From NCBI GenBank assembly GCA_002633005.1, contig NMRA01000420.1, positions 1 to 64,000 of the forward strand: a stretch of 64,000 nt of DNA, read 5' to 3'. This DNA comes from Phoronis australis (taxonomy: Eukaryota; Animalia; Phoronida). The position numbers were made by a program, and so were the translations under genes. The notes under the pieces are model-generated. The model made no database searches. It saw only the letters and a list, made by a program, of their open reading frames with translations, and had not been told where the DNA came from. Positions 55,801-64,000 of this stretch are shown here, piece after piece; position 1 is the first letter of the stretch, and each line of letters begins with the position of its first letter.

Positions 55801-56857
55801 ACTGTGAAAAAGTGTACATCATCACCTGCCCATTTCATGGTCAGGGCTTATGGTTGCTACAGCATCTGATTAATTCAAATGCAAATAACGACCTGCTGTC
55901 CGTGATACGCCATTAATAGGTGCTAATAATGACCCCATCTGTTTAATGATTCTAACACTTTCAACCCCACCAACCAAATACAGTGAAATGCACCAATTAC
56001 GCCATATTGGAAGTTTTCGCACAGCGTACCAGCCAATCAGACGACAGAAGTATCAGTGATCAATCATGTGATCAAAGTGTGAACCATACAAAGCAGTTTA
56101 AGTAGTGAACCGCCAGTTACAACCCAATGTTCAACTAACTTGAATGACAATAGGATATTGCTATGGTGCTCACAGTTTACACTACAAAAATTGACATGGA
56201 GCAGGCGACACGGAACGAGTTGACACGGCGTGAGATGACATGGCGCAACTTACGTAAGCAGAAGTTTACTTGGAACAAGTCATCATCGCAGTGTCTCCAG
56301 TTTTTGCGGTTGAGCAACTTGCACCTGATCATCTCGCTCTGTGTCAACTAATGCTTCTAAACGCGAAACTGGGGCGAGGCAGATGCGATCATGTTACCTG
56401 AGCATACACACTACTGTATAAGCAGGCGACCAGTTTTAAGTTATATCTACACCTGACTTCCTTGGCCTTTTACCAGTTAAGTTGAACTGTTACCGAATTA
56501 CGAAATTTTTTCTGTTTCATGATGCAATTTTCATCTTACCATCCGAGCCGTGGATGCATGTAAACAGTCATTTCGTACTAATCTTCTTGCATCACGTCAG
56601 TTTGCAAGTTGTGTCACTGTTCATGTATATCAACTTAGACAGACGGGGGTGAAACTTCCCAGCCGGGGCCAAACTAAATGAAACACCTTTGTAAATGCAA
56701 TTAACATGTAATGAAAAAAAGCAAGCTCAATAACAATGCTGACCTTGTGTTGCGCTGAATGTACAGTTGTTGTACTGTAGGTGTACTTGACCACCTCCAC
56801 AGGCTGACATCTGGCTAGAAGACTGTTCAACCGCGGAAGGACACATTTCAGCAGCAT
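1724..56857 (-). CDS. CPS1: Mitochondrial carbamoyl-phosphate synthetase (CPS1/CPS III type), spliced gene span; 29 coding exons in window, C-terminal exon(s) beyond left edge
   Basis: Exon peptides match CPS motifs in order ([101 protein letters not shown]); all junctions are phase-consistent. Confidence 0.97.
1980..2144 (-). CDS. CPS1: CPS exon 28 VACFG...LLIGIQ...LGFK (start of allosteric domain)
   Basis: CAG/GTAGA, 165 nt. Confidence 0.94.
3301..3412. repeat. 16-bp minisatellite AAAGAACAAGTTCATG x7
   Basis: Directly visible. Confidence 0.95.
3595..3840 (-). CDS. CPS1: CPS exon 27 [13 protein letters not shown]...CEMSSTGE
   Basis: CAG/GTCAG, 246 nt. Confidence 0.96.
5055..5144 (-). CDS. 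CPS1: CPS exon 26 VNDITRR...GPFNMQF...KVM
   Basis: CAG/GTAAG, 90 nt. Confidence 0.95.
5734..5841 (-). CDS. CPS1: CPS exon 25 [21 protein letters not shown]...VIDK
   Basis: CAG/GTTAG, 108 nt. Confidence 0.96.
6657..6878 (-). CDS. CPS1: CPS exon 24 NDALDFAD...RPSFVLSG...AKNGK
   Basis: CAG/GTGAA, 222 nt. Confidence 0.94.
7569..7763 (-). CDS. CPS1: CPS exon 23 [18 protein letters not shown]...LSSL
   Basis: CAG/GTACG, 195 nt. Confidence 0.95.
7991..9166 (+). mobile_element. Helentron-associated (DINE-1/HINE-like) element with internal higher-order tandem repeat
   Basis: About 140-160 bp subunits forming a 445 bp trimer, GGAC/GACG microsatellite, 3' hairpin ATGCGTCCACATA-TAAA-TATGTGGGCGCAT then A-run; left end lost at Ns. 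Confidence 0.7.
9826..9936 (-). CDS. CPS1: CPS exon 22 [24 protein letters not shown]...YNHE
   Basis: TAG/GTTTG, 111 nt. Confidence 0.95.
10740..10940 (-). CDS. CPS1: CPS exon 21 IDTMAAEYP...[11 protein letters not shown]...GLKS
   Basis: TAG/GTAAG, 201 nt. Confidence 0.95.
11806..11947 (-). CDS. CPS1: CPS exon 20 ...[12 protein letters not shown]...PFVKQ
   Basis: CAG/GTTAT, 142 nt. Confidence 0.94.
13294..13412 (-). CDS. CPS1: CPS exon 19 [25 protein letters not shown]...
   Basis: TAG/GTACG, 119 nt; translated by hand. Confidence 0.94.
16655..17955 (-). mobile_element. 5'-truncated, disrupted non-LTR retrotransposon (RT C-terminus plus Cys/His motif, RTE-X-like)
   Basis: LLYADD and YKYLG RT motifs; ERGRY...CxxC...[10 protein letters not shown] tail; AATAAA near 3' end; frames broken by stop/frameshift. 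Confidence 0.9.
17977..19203. mobile_element. 1.2 kb element bounded by about 22-nt inverted repeats
   Basis: CTCAAATGACCCAGTGACCGCAGC ... GCTGCGTGGTCACTGGTCATTTGTG. Confidence 0.5.
18657..18942. mobile_element. MITE-like repeat ending AGTACTCCCCCCCCGG
   Basis: C-run terminus clear, left end degenerate. Confidence 0.35.
20925..22290 (+). mobile_element. Diverged copy of the same HINE-like family
   Basis: Shared TGCCACTAGG, AAATTTCATGAAAAT, GAGATACAG blocks. Confidence 0.6.
22913..23324. mobile_element. Candidate solo LTR
   Basis: TGTCAC...GTGACA termini, internal AATAAA, GC-rich; no clear TSD. Confidence 0.3.
24659..24817. mobile_element. Short CAG(G/T)GGCGGATC...ATCCGCCACTG-type MITE; related copies at about 1046-1480, 7019-7128, 59808-60012 and 62030-62415
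   Basis: Shared termini in several dispersed copies. Confidence 0.55.
30580..31012. repeat. 90-bp tandem repeat, about 5 copies; paralog at about 25940-26100
   Basis: GAAGGCATGTCTCTGTCAGAGGGGGGTCAG... recurs every 90 nt. Confidence 0.9.
32225..32435 (-). mobile_element. tRNA-derived SINE
   Basis: A box TGGCACAGTGG and B box GGTTCAAATCC at tRNA spacing, followed by non-tRNA body and AT tail. Confidence 0.65.
32486..32659 (-). CDS. CPS1: CPS exon 18 [15 protein letters not shown]...HYICK
   Basis: TAG/GTATG, 174 nt. Confidence 0.95.
33092..33290 (-). CDS. CPS1: CPS exon 17, copy B (same peptide as copy A)
   Basis: CAG/GTACG, 199 nt. Confidence 0.85.
34057..34203. repeat. 24-bp minisatellite x6 or more, ends at N
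   Basis: CAGCTACTGACAATAAAGATGAGT units. Confidence 0.95.
34205..34362 (-). other. Truncated duplicate of CPS exon 18, cut at N 34204
   Basis: Matches 32502-32659 and stops at an N. Confidence 0.85.
34788..34986 (-). CDS. CPS1: CPS exon 17, copy A (YPLAFVAAK...MKSVGE)
   Basis: CAG/GTACG, 199 nt; duplicated at 33092-33290. Confidence 0.85.
35802..36012 (-). CDS. CPS1: CPS exon 16 [10 protein letters not shown]...ASKATG
   Basis: TAG/GTATG, 211 nt. Confidence 0.96.
36072..36388. repeat. Inverted repeat pair (about 80 bp arms, each with a B-box-like TTCGAGTCC)
   Basis: 36072-36153 aligns with reverse complement of 36309-36388. Confidence 0.8.
36575..36748. repeat. 26-bp minisatellite
   Basis: TAGTACACACCTCCAGCATGCGCCTA units. 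Confidence 0.85.
36919..37063 (-). CDS. CPS1: CPS exon 15 [13 protein letters not shown]...DPLGVHT
   Basis: CAG/GTGAG, 145 nt. Confidence 0.96.
37190..37912 (+). mobile_element. Diverged copy of the same HINE-like family
   Basis: Shared subunit motifs and degenerate 3' hairpin ATGCGCCCCAT...TGGGAGCAC. Confidence 0.55.
38238..38366 (-). CDS. CPS1: CPS exon 14 VDDAVK...[13 protein letters not shown]...ASR
   Basis: AAG acceptor, GTAAGT donor, 129 nt. Confidence 0.92.
39132..39289 (-). CDS. CPS1: CPS exon 13 VELYKRG...TEDRQIF...AVEN
   Basis: TAG/GTAAT, 158 nt. Confidence 0.95.
39873..40148. repeat. 21-bp minisatellite x13
   Basis: CAGTAAAAAGTACGCCTTATT units. Confidence 0.97.
40180..40648. 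repeat. 31-bp minisatellite x15, ends at N
   Basis: CCAGACATACATAGGCCACATGCCTGGACCG units. Confidence 0.97.
40940..41129 (-). CDS. CPS1: CPS exon 12 [15 protein letters not shown]...MGGQTALNV
   Basis: CAG/GTAGG, 190 nt. Confidence 0.96.
42477..42572 (-). CDS. CPS1: CPS exon 11 [32 protein letters not shown]
   Basis: CAG/GTAAC, 96 nt; start of synthetase moiety. Confidence 0.96.
42967..43140 (-). CDS. CPS1: CPS exon 10 [18 protein letters not shown]...PRPQ
   Basis: TAG/GTAAG, 174 nt; His and Glu of the GATase triad. Confidence 0.93.
43096..43380. repeat. 53/55-bp tandem repeat derived from the exon 10 acceptor and first 45 coding nt
   Basis: Units start at 43096, 43151, 43204, 43259, 43312, 43365. 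Confidence 0.93.
44283..44424 (-). CDS. CPS1: CPS exon 9 GHNQPV...QNHGFA...NANDKSNE
   Basis: CAG acceptor, GC donor (GAG|GCAAGC), 142 nt. Confidence 0.9.
45643..45749 (-). CDS. CPS1: CPS exon 8 with catalytic Cys ([10 protein letters not shown])
   Basis: TAG/GTTGG, 107 nt; TGC codon at 45710-45708. Confidence 0.95.
45906..46034 (-). CDS. CPS1: CPS exon 7 [10 protein letters not shown]...SNGPGDP...NVRK
   Basis: TAG/GTAAA, 129 nt. Confidence 0.95.
46251..46380. repeat. 17-bp minisatellite GTACACTCAATTAATAA x7.5 abutting exon 6 donor
   Basis: Directly visible. Confidence 0.95.
46385..46474 (-). CDS. CPS1: CPS exon 6 EPCYYG...[15 protein letters not shown]
   Basis: TAG/GTGAG, 90 nt; translated by hand, not in ORF track. 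Confidence 0.95.
47165..47362. repeat. About 49-bp tandem repeat x4
   Basis: AATAGGTGGAGTACCAGTTTAAGCCACAGCAAAAGTACAG units. Confidence 0.85.
48423..48515 (-). CDS. CPS1: CPS exon 5 GTVLGKIEF...EVSCK
   Basis: CAG/GTAAG, 93 nt. Confidence 0.95.
49454..49600 (-). CDS. CPS1: CPS exon 4 VSGLIVQD...[13 protein letters not shown]
   Basis: TAG/GTAGG, 147 nt. Confidence 0.95.
50151..50306. repeat. 40-bp tandem repeat x4
   Basis: CACAGACTGTGCAGTG..ACGTTCAAATTATTCACAACAC units. Confidence 0.85.
50725..50930. repeat. 48-51-bp tandem repeat x4
   Basis: CATTAGTACATTTCCCACCCAC...TCTATCTAATACCCTT units. Confidence 0.8.
52351..52495 (-). CDS. CPS1: CPS exon 3 [10 protein letters not shown]...SEKIQ
   Basis: CAG/GTAAG, 145 nt. 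Confidence 0.95.
53915..54024 (-). CDS. CPS1: CPS exon 2 [11 protein letters not shown]...FNTGLTG
   Basis: CAG acceptor, GTATGT donor, 110 nt. Confidence 0.93.
54642..54889. mobile_element. PIF/Harbinger-like MITE
   Basis: TIRs GGGCCCGTTCCAAGAAACTGACTTA / TAAGTCAATTTTGTTGGAATGGGCCC, 3-bp TSD CAG. Confidence 0.75.
56744..56857 (-). CDS. CPS1: CPS coding exon 1, mitochondrial presequence-like [19 protein letters not shown]...SAQHK (exon starts at 56873)
   Basis: TTGTAG acceptor, ATG, 38 codons rich in R/K/L/S/T with one acidic residue, AAG|GTCAG phase-0 donor matching exon 2. Confidence 0.75.
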
Positions 56858-58774
56858 ATTGAAATCCTTTTACCTACAAGTATAAACATACTAGAATGAA
56901 GTTTCTACCACAAAGTCTTTCCTGTGTTTGAGTCCCAGCATTTGACAAGTAAACTTTTCTACAGTGGCGGCTGAGCATCCAATTTACTAGTAGGTGAGAC
57001 CTACAACACTCGGAGATAGATGCGGATCTGACTTGGGTACTCAGTGGGTGCCATAACGTAACATTGCCTGAATTGAACGGTAAATTTCCCGCCTTAGACA
57101 TCACCAATTCACTACCAGTCACTACCAATCCCTGTTCCCCCAGTTGCCACCAATCATAAGGTGGAATGTTCATAAGGTGTCAACAGGGACCTTATTTGAA
57201 AAGGCTTGTGTACATGCGTTGTGGGTCATAAAAGAGATAATGATACCTACAGCTGGCAACAGCAAGCAGAACTACTCTCGTTTATCACATTGGTGCAGAC
57301 TCATAGGAGAAATTCAAAATTACGCTCTTATAAACCATCCGACAGGCAAGTTATTTCGGGAGATCTAAGTCTTAAAATGCCGTGCGCAATTTTTAGAGCT
57401 GTGTTCACAATGATCAACAGTAAAAATGGAGAGCAAATATGCACCCCTTATATTTTTTCCCACCTTTCATTCTGAAATGGCTAATATTTCAGTTGTAAGC
57501 GAAAAAACTACACTGCCATTTTCATTTGCTCACTACATTGTGCGAGTTAGATTGTTGTAGATTTTATACAACATTCATTAAATTTGTAGTTTTACAGCAA
57601 AACTATAACTGTGTTTACTCATAATTGCAGGTATTATAGCCAATTTTGAAGTCTTTCTTTGTTGACAGTGAAACCACTTTACCGCGTAGTAATCTTTTGT
57701 GATGATTCTTCTATCTGCCGGGCTAGCCCAGACTGAATTTGAAAGACCTCGACCAAAACTTTATCAATATTAGTGGAAAAAATGCTTGTGTTCAGATTTT
57801 TACGAGGAATTTACTTTAAACATTATTGTTTACAATCCAATTCCATTAACTTAATACTGTTATTACTATTTTCTGAATCCTGTGGTCATGGTGATTCCAA
57901 AAATATATTACTTGTACTGATTGGTCCTTTCTTAGTCATAAATATAGAATTTTTCCAAGGCAATGATTTGCAACGCGGATTTAGTGAAGCAACCATTTTT
58001 AAAGTGCGACACCTTTCAGCAGGATTGATAACTAACAGTTAACCTAGAGCGAAGTTGGTTCGATGCAGAACGTGTTTCAGTGTTTGTGTATTTTAGCCTG
58101 CCAGTGATATTAGTTATCTTATTACCTAACTTCCACTTGTTTGAAACAGTTTTTGTCTCTTAGACGACACATGTTCGACATAACACGATCTGAAATTTGT
58201 CTGTGAGAAGTCATGTGTTTTCGAGGATGACATTTGCCCGTGAGAACACACACTTTTTTTTCTAAAGAAAAAGTTGATGAGCCCAGGCTATCCGGAGTTA
58301 CCCCATATGCCAACTCCGGAAGGTCTCTCACCACGATTTATTGTCTATACCCCTAAATGTCGATTGATTCTACTTCGATCCCTGTCGCCGCTCATTCCAC
58401 CTCACTCCGCCATTCTTATACATCATATTTCTCCACTGAATGCTGGAGGACGATTGCAATGCGTGTACCCCCCACCCCACCTAACATATGCCTATTACAC
58501 GACATCAGAGTGGAGGTTAGAAAGTGTGTATGCCAGCCTGGTCGTACTCAGGGAGAACTGAAGACAAATTCCATGACAAAAAGACGTTTCAGGACGGTTG
58601 TTGGGACCTGAAGTTACAAGGTAGTCACAAGAGTCTTGCATGATGATCAACAGAACGCTGGCCAGGATGGACCCAATCGGTAACCGTAAAATAGTCATGC
58701 TAAACATACAAAAAATTGTAGTGTTGTAGATGTGTTGAATTATATGAGCCTCTGTTAGCTACTCGCTAACGGGC

Positions 58775-58860
58775 AATTGCCTATTAGCTGAATGGTTAGC
58801 ACGCTTGCCGGTTTTATGGGGGTCGCGGGTTCGATCCCCGGGTCGGGTAATCTCGGCTAT
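58775..58860 (+). mobile_element. tRNA-derived SINE head or tRNA pseudogene
   Basis: A box TAGCTGAATGG, B box GGTTCGATCCC; acceptor stem does not pair. Confidence 0.6.
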
Positions 58861-59297
58861 TACTACAGCAGTGTCTCTCAAAAGCCTTGTCACATCACTC
58901 ATTATAAATTGCAGACAACATAGCCATAGAATTACTCAGGAATTTACTGGACTGCTTCCCTTGTAATGTTATTTCAAGTTAACCGAGATAAATGTCGAAA
59001 ATAACACATGACTATGAGCTGTTGACTTGTTGCAGACATGCTTCCGGTGAATCGTATGAGGGTGAGCCTCTCTTTAGCCACTCGCAATGATGATTACAAC
59101 ATCGTAGACGTAGACAACTGCAGAGCCTCAATATCGAGTTCAACCAACGGGCATGCAACGACCACATAGGCCTACAGTTAGGCCCTAACTGTGGTTAGGG
59201 TTGGTCCCAGTTCACCGGTTGAGTTAGGTTCACTAAGCCAGGGTCGACGCGCTTAAAATCACAGCTAATTTAATTACTTACCAGACAAATACCTTAC

Positions 59298-59440
59298 CAG
59301 GAATGAGCGAGCTTATTCCCCCGCGAGAATACGAGAGTTTCTCCGCAATGTGTCCTTCTTACAAGCCCTGTTTGGGCTAAATGATGCAATCCAGTCAGAT
59401 ACGAGACACAGACCCAGTCGCCTCAATGACAAGAAAAAAC
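59298..59440 (-). other. Candidate non-coding first exon (5' UTR) of CPS
   Basis: CTG|GTAAGG donor at 59297 next to a CpG-rich stretch; coding exon 1 has its own acceptor, so an upstream exon is expected; start boundary unknown. Confidence 0.45.
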
Positions 59441-59800
59441 ACGTGTAAACAATATTTAGGTCACATGGGGACACTTGACCCGAACGCATGTAGCATATAT
59501 AGGTCAAGTTTCATGAGCAAGAGGGAGACCGCATAAAGACTGCAACTAACTAGTACGCCGGGGACTGGAGGTCGGACGAGGACTGGGGCTAATTATTGTA
59601 GAGACTCTAGTGATGACGCACTCCCACCGCGATACTCCTCCACAGTCATGTGGTACGTGCCGTAGCACACAAAAGATGCAGGCGCCGGCGGGCAAAAAAC
59701 CAACTATTTCACAGTGCTTACCGTAGACTATAGTTCAATAGTTGTCTATAATCTATGGTGCCACGTACTCGGCACTCCAACTTCAGTATTCTCTCAGCCT
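59440..59800. promoter_or_regulatory. CpG-rich candidate promoter
   Basis: Local CpG enrichment, TGTAAACA forkhead-like site, AGGTCA half-sites, TGACGCA CRE-like, GGCGGGCAAA E2F-like. Confidence 0.35.
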
Positions 59801-61074
59801 ACTTATACAGTGGCGAATCTAGGATACCATAAGGGGGGCAACAGGCTCAGGCTGCCTCGGGGAATTGGGCAAAGCGTGGCGGTCATATGTGTACCAGCGC
59901 CCCTAAAAGTTGCAAGGGGTCCGGCCGAAGTATGTACCGTCTGTTCGGAAAGTCTGTCGACTAAAAAAAAAANGGGCACTGCCCCCTCCGGCCCCTTGTA
60001 AATCCGCCTATGTTGTAATAGCCAGGCAATATACAGCGCCCCTCCTGCTGCCTGGCAGATGGATGCCGCCGTACGGGGGGAGGCTCAGCACGATCATTTT
60101 CGAACTGGCATGTCGACGGTGTTTTCTTTTCCGAGTCTTTACCCGATCGCCATGGGACCGGGTGGGGGGATCGAGTATTTCGAGTCCCGGCCCTAAATCC
60201 GCTTATGCATATCAGCGTAGATATCGGCTGTGATGGCAACGAAGAGCCTTCGGGAAAGTCTCTCAGAATAAAAATCGTCAGGGTTTGAATTTCCACGCAC
60301 CTCCACCGGCTCTTCAGCCATTCATTTTTGTCATAAACTTCACCGATAAAGTGATCAGTGTAGTCGAAACGTCGTATTTCCAAATATAAGTCAACATAAC
60401 AACAAGTTTCTTGAAAAAATAGTGAAAAGAGGTGTTAAACAAACATTTAAAACTGATAAAAGCGCTTTTATAGTTCTGCCTGCACGCAAAGAAACTTTTT
60501 TGGCCGAGACCCGGCCAGTTCAGTTTGCTTGAGCCGGAGTCATGTTCGGCTGTGGAAGTTGTCTTTAAATCAACCGTTGATTTCTGCGACGTAACTAAGA
60601 GGTGAGTTCTTAGGCTAGCTGGTTTAATATTTATTTTTTAATTTCTCGTTGTACACCAGCACTATCAGTGACAGGCGAAAATATCGTGAAAATATTACTT
60701 GGCATTTTTGATGATTTTTGAAAAACAAGTAGGGCATTAGAATTTAACGATATCTTTCGATCAATGAAATTGTCACTGAGGAAGACTTCGGATAGAAGAC
60801 CTATGTCAGTGTGACACTGGCCGCCGATTCAATTTTAAAGAGTTCCCACCATGACCCTGTGTCTCAAAAAGGAATTTTATTATTACATCTTAACAGATTT
60901 AATAGCCTTTAATACACCTGTTGCTACCAAACAATCTAAAAAATTTAAAAATATATTTTTCTGTTATCGGGTATGTACGCAATGGATGGAAGACCGCCTC
61001 AGCCGTTGTTGTTTTACCAGTGCGATATTGAGGAGTTGTGAAAAAAGTCCGCGGGGAGCCGTCTTTTTCAGACA

Positions 61075-61282
61075 TGAAAAGGTGCGTTTGTGGAAACTGT
61101 GGTAACAACAACTTGACTGTGAACGTCTTAGTGTTCAAATTTCCTAAATACGTGAAAGTTGCACAAAAATGGCATCGGTTTGTCATGGGCGGCGCACAAG
61201 AGTGTGGAGTGTCAGTGTGGAACATGAGATTCAGTTTGGCGTAAGCCACACTTTGATCGGCATATTTCAAAGAATCGTGTTT
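61075..61282 (+). pseudogene. Degenerate THAP zinc-finger domain (transposon relic)
   Basis: MKRCVCGNC...FKFP...W..FV then L*SAYFKESCF after a stop; matches the THAP CxxxxC...FP...W...CxxHF layout with lesions. Confidence 0.65.
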
Positions 61283-61402
61283 NAAACGATATTTAAATGC
61301 TTCTCTTGGTGATCAGTTGCATTGAAAAATTGTCTTGACCGAAAAACACCGTCGTCAATTTTCAAGACTTAAGAAATATGAACACACATAGGGGGTTATG
61401 CC

Positions 61403-61526
61403 CACAGGGGTCCTCAGCTTCTGATCGTCCCCAATATACTACATATAATACTAGTATGGTATAGTATAGTAATAATAGTATTATATGTAGTATATTGGGG
61501 ACGATCAGAAGCTGAGGACGCCTGTG
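61403..61526. mobile_element. 124-bp foldback MITE with 8-bp TSD GTTATGCC (P- or hAT-type)
   Basis: CACAGG...CCTGTG, about 55 bp near-perfect arms, direct repeat at 61395-61402 and 61527-61534. Confidence 0.85.
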
Positions 61527-63432
61527 GTTATGCCCATTTCATGCAGGATATGTCGCATAATCCTTCTAATGGAAAGACATGGGTAAAATGACACTTTTAT
61601 TCCAATTGTTTCAGAAAGTTTGAGTACTGCGCTGTGAGCTTGTCACGAATGCCACTCCCACGCCAGCCAACACACGTCACCCATGATCGGAGTCACGCTG
61701 TCCTTCCTCTGCTGTATTCTCTTAAATTGGCCTCCCTGTCAATTCGTTCGTACGTTACGATAAAATTTGCGATTGGTTCTTGAATACTGGGTGGTACTCG
61801 ATCGGTATCAGTGATCAAAGACTGGTCGAGTCCAAAAATGTGCTAAATGAAGTTCTCCAACTCAGTGTGTTTACAAGTGTAGTATTTTTGGCAGCCAGGA
61901 TGCCAAGCAGACGACACAGCTCATTTGAATGTTACATTTACACACTCGCATGATAAACAAGTAAGCTCAAATCCCACAGGAATCGAGTTCCCGTTTTTTT
62001 GTCTACTGATAGTTTTTGCTGAAGGGAAGGTTCACATATCCCGGCCCCCGCAACTTTCGGGCCCCTGTGCACATACAATTGCGCTTTGCCCACTTTTCTG
62101 AGGCAACATGTTGGCCCCCTTTATCAGGGGCACATCCATGATTTTGAGTTAGGGCGCACACAGCCTAAACTGTAGGGATGCAGGGGTCTTGAATGTTTTC
62201 GTTTGCAGACCGTTCAACTAAAAAAAAAATCGATGAAAGGGGTTTGTTCAGGGCCTATGCGTTGTTTATTCACCCCCCGAGCACCCCTGGATGCGCCTAT
62301 ATACTAGTCAGTAATTCGCACCCGTACTGTCTAATGGTATCTGGTAGAATTTTAGGGGGGGCGATGCCCCCCCCCAAATCCGCCACTGCTTATGTTATCC
62401 TAGATCTGCCACTGCAACGTCATAAGATGCAGTCATTCCCACTGGTTGAAATCTGGGAAACCCCTTTCAGTTTACTGTTATGTAGTATGGTGACCAACTT
62501 TGACTTGAATAGTTACAATTTATTAAAAAAAGATCAGATTATGTGCCATTATTATTAACGTTGTTTTTAGTTTGCAGTGACATTTCTGTGTATGGGTGAA
62601 TAAAAGCATCCAGAAGATAAACAACAATGTTTAATTGATTCTTTTACTGAGTATTTTATACATAAACAAGCATTTTCAATAATGTTGACGTAACTGAAAT
62701 TTAGTACTCACAGTTACAGTCACAGTTAGGGGTACACAATTAAATTAACAAATACACCAATATACATATAAATTTCCATTTCATTTATAACATATCATCT
62801 TATAAAAAATAGCTTCATATAAAAACATGTATGTCTGGTTACAATAGCGACGTCTTAAGTAAGCTATGTTTGACAGGCACAAGGCTCATTCTTTGTCTTT
62901 CCCATTATGAGCAAAAGATGGCGCTACAACTGTGACCATCTCATGGAATGCAGGTCTCTCACCAAGCACACGGTGTCAACTTGCCCTTTATACAGACAAC
63001 AACTGTTAAACCGTCTGAGCAATTTACCATTCAAAACATGATCTGGTCTTTTGTTTCACATCCAAAACTTGGTAATAATAATAATAATAATAATAATAGA
63101 ATTATGCAATAATTGTATACCGTAGTCAAGTTCACCAAGTGATGGAACAATTTCTGCCCGTCACAGGTTAGAGAAACAATTCAGTGGTAGGACCCACGAA
63201 CACTCTGGCCATGAGCAGGGCCGAGTTCCATAGCAGCAAGAATCTGTGATCAAAGCCAGTGTAGGGCGATATCTTGCATTCCCACTGTGCATTTACGTAT
63301 AGTTATTTACATAGTTCAGCCACTAGATTTTGAGTAACAAGCAACAGTGCTTTTGAGTTGGAGACTATTGGTTTTAGGGACACATAATTAAGATAATCCA
63401 AATACAGCTGTCCGTTTTAAGGTCCAGCCAAA

Positions 63433-63469
63433 CTATTGGGTGGTCCGGTCAATGAACTCTTTCAACACC
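63433..63469 (-). CDS. Possible terminal coding exon (xVLKEFIDRTTQ*) of an unidentified upstream gene
   Basis: Pyrimidine-rich CTCTTCTCTCAG acceptor, short open frame to TAG, UTR-like sequence after it; no homology recognised. Confidence 0.3.
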
Positions 63470-64000
63470 CTGAGAGAAGAGTAATCAAATTCAACAACAA
63501 TAGGTCATGTCCAAAGGCTTCAAGAGGAGAAATCACACTTGACTAAATGTGAATGAAAATAGAAACCGCTTGTACTAAAATAGCCTGAAAGAATTTGATA
63601 CGAGGAAAAGTCAAATTAGTCGACCAGGATATCTAAGTGGATTTAACAGTCCATAACAAGCAGAACGAAAATAGAAAATCCGATCAGTGTTCAATATCTT
63701 AGCAGATGATTTAAGCTTGGAAATTCAAACAAATTTCCCTGCAAAGTTATACAGAGTACTGTGTTGGTAACACGTCTATTACCTTGGTACAGTCCGTTTC
63801 ACACAATGGCTTAATTATGAAAATCTCACAAAAAAATGAGTCGTGAAATTACGCAAGTTCATGTTTCTTATGGTTATCCTGTGGTCCAAATGGAACTAAC
63901 AGTACTATTAGTGCTAATAATACTAATTTTGGCTAAATAAACTGTTTCGTCGGTAATTTATCTTACGTTGAGGTTGTTCATTCTTGATTCACCAATGTAG

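Noticed and set aside
1724-56857. CAD (pyrimidine CPS II) identity
   Set aside because: The presequence exon, the NAG-site Trp/Thr residues and CPS1-type motifs ([18 protein letters not shown]) favour CPS I/III.
58126-58190. Mini-exon MSNMCRLRDK...
   Set aside because: Its phase-2 donor is incompatible with exon 2, and it lies inside a TAGCCTG...CAGGCTA-bounded repeat-like segment.
58495-58707. ORF with a signal-peptide-like start (MTILRLPIGSILASVLLII)
   Set aside because: No convincing in-phase donor and no homology; cannot be supported.
58775-58850. Functional tRNA gene
   Set aside because: A and B boxes are present, but the acceptor and anticodon stems do not pair; treated as a SINE head.
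60771-60816. Penelope-type hammerhead ribozyme (TGTCA-CTGAGGA-stem...TGACA); similar CTGATGAAG cores on the minus strand near 7180 and 25245
   Set aside because: The essential GAAA core is missing in all three; at best dead relics.

Overview
This is eukaryotic, AT-rich, intron- and repeat-rich animal DNA; the repeat content suggests a non-vertebrate bilaterian (inference only). The window is dominated by one minus-strand gene, a mitochondrial carbamoyl-phosphate synthetase (CPS1/CPS III type). I traced 29 coding exons by hand from 56857 down to 1724 with consistent splice phases; the last exon(s) lie left of the window. The protein has a mitochondrial presequence-like N-terminus, keeps the glutaminase Cys-His-Glu triad (FGICMG, QFHPEA) and keeps N-acetylglutamate-site residues, which fits a glutamine- and NAG-dependent CPS III. 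Notable structure includes a GC-AG intron, a 19 kb intron with nested transposons and an old duplication, exon-derived tandem decoy acceptors, and Helentron-like repeats carrying arrays of CTCF-consensus motifs. There are also several MITEs and SINEs, an RT LINE fragment and a THAP relic. Two near-identical duplications across single Ns are most likely haplotype assembly artefacts. I found no clearly new biological system; the candidates below are ranked modestly.
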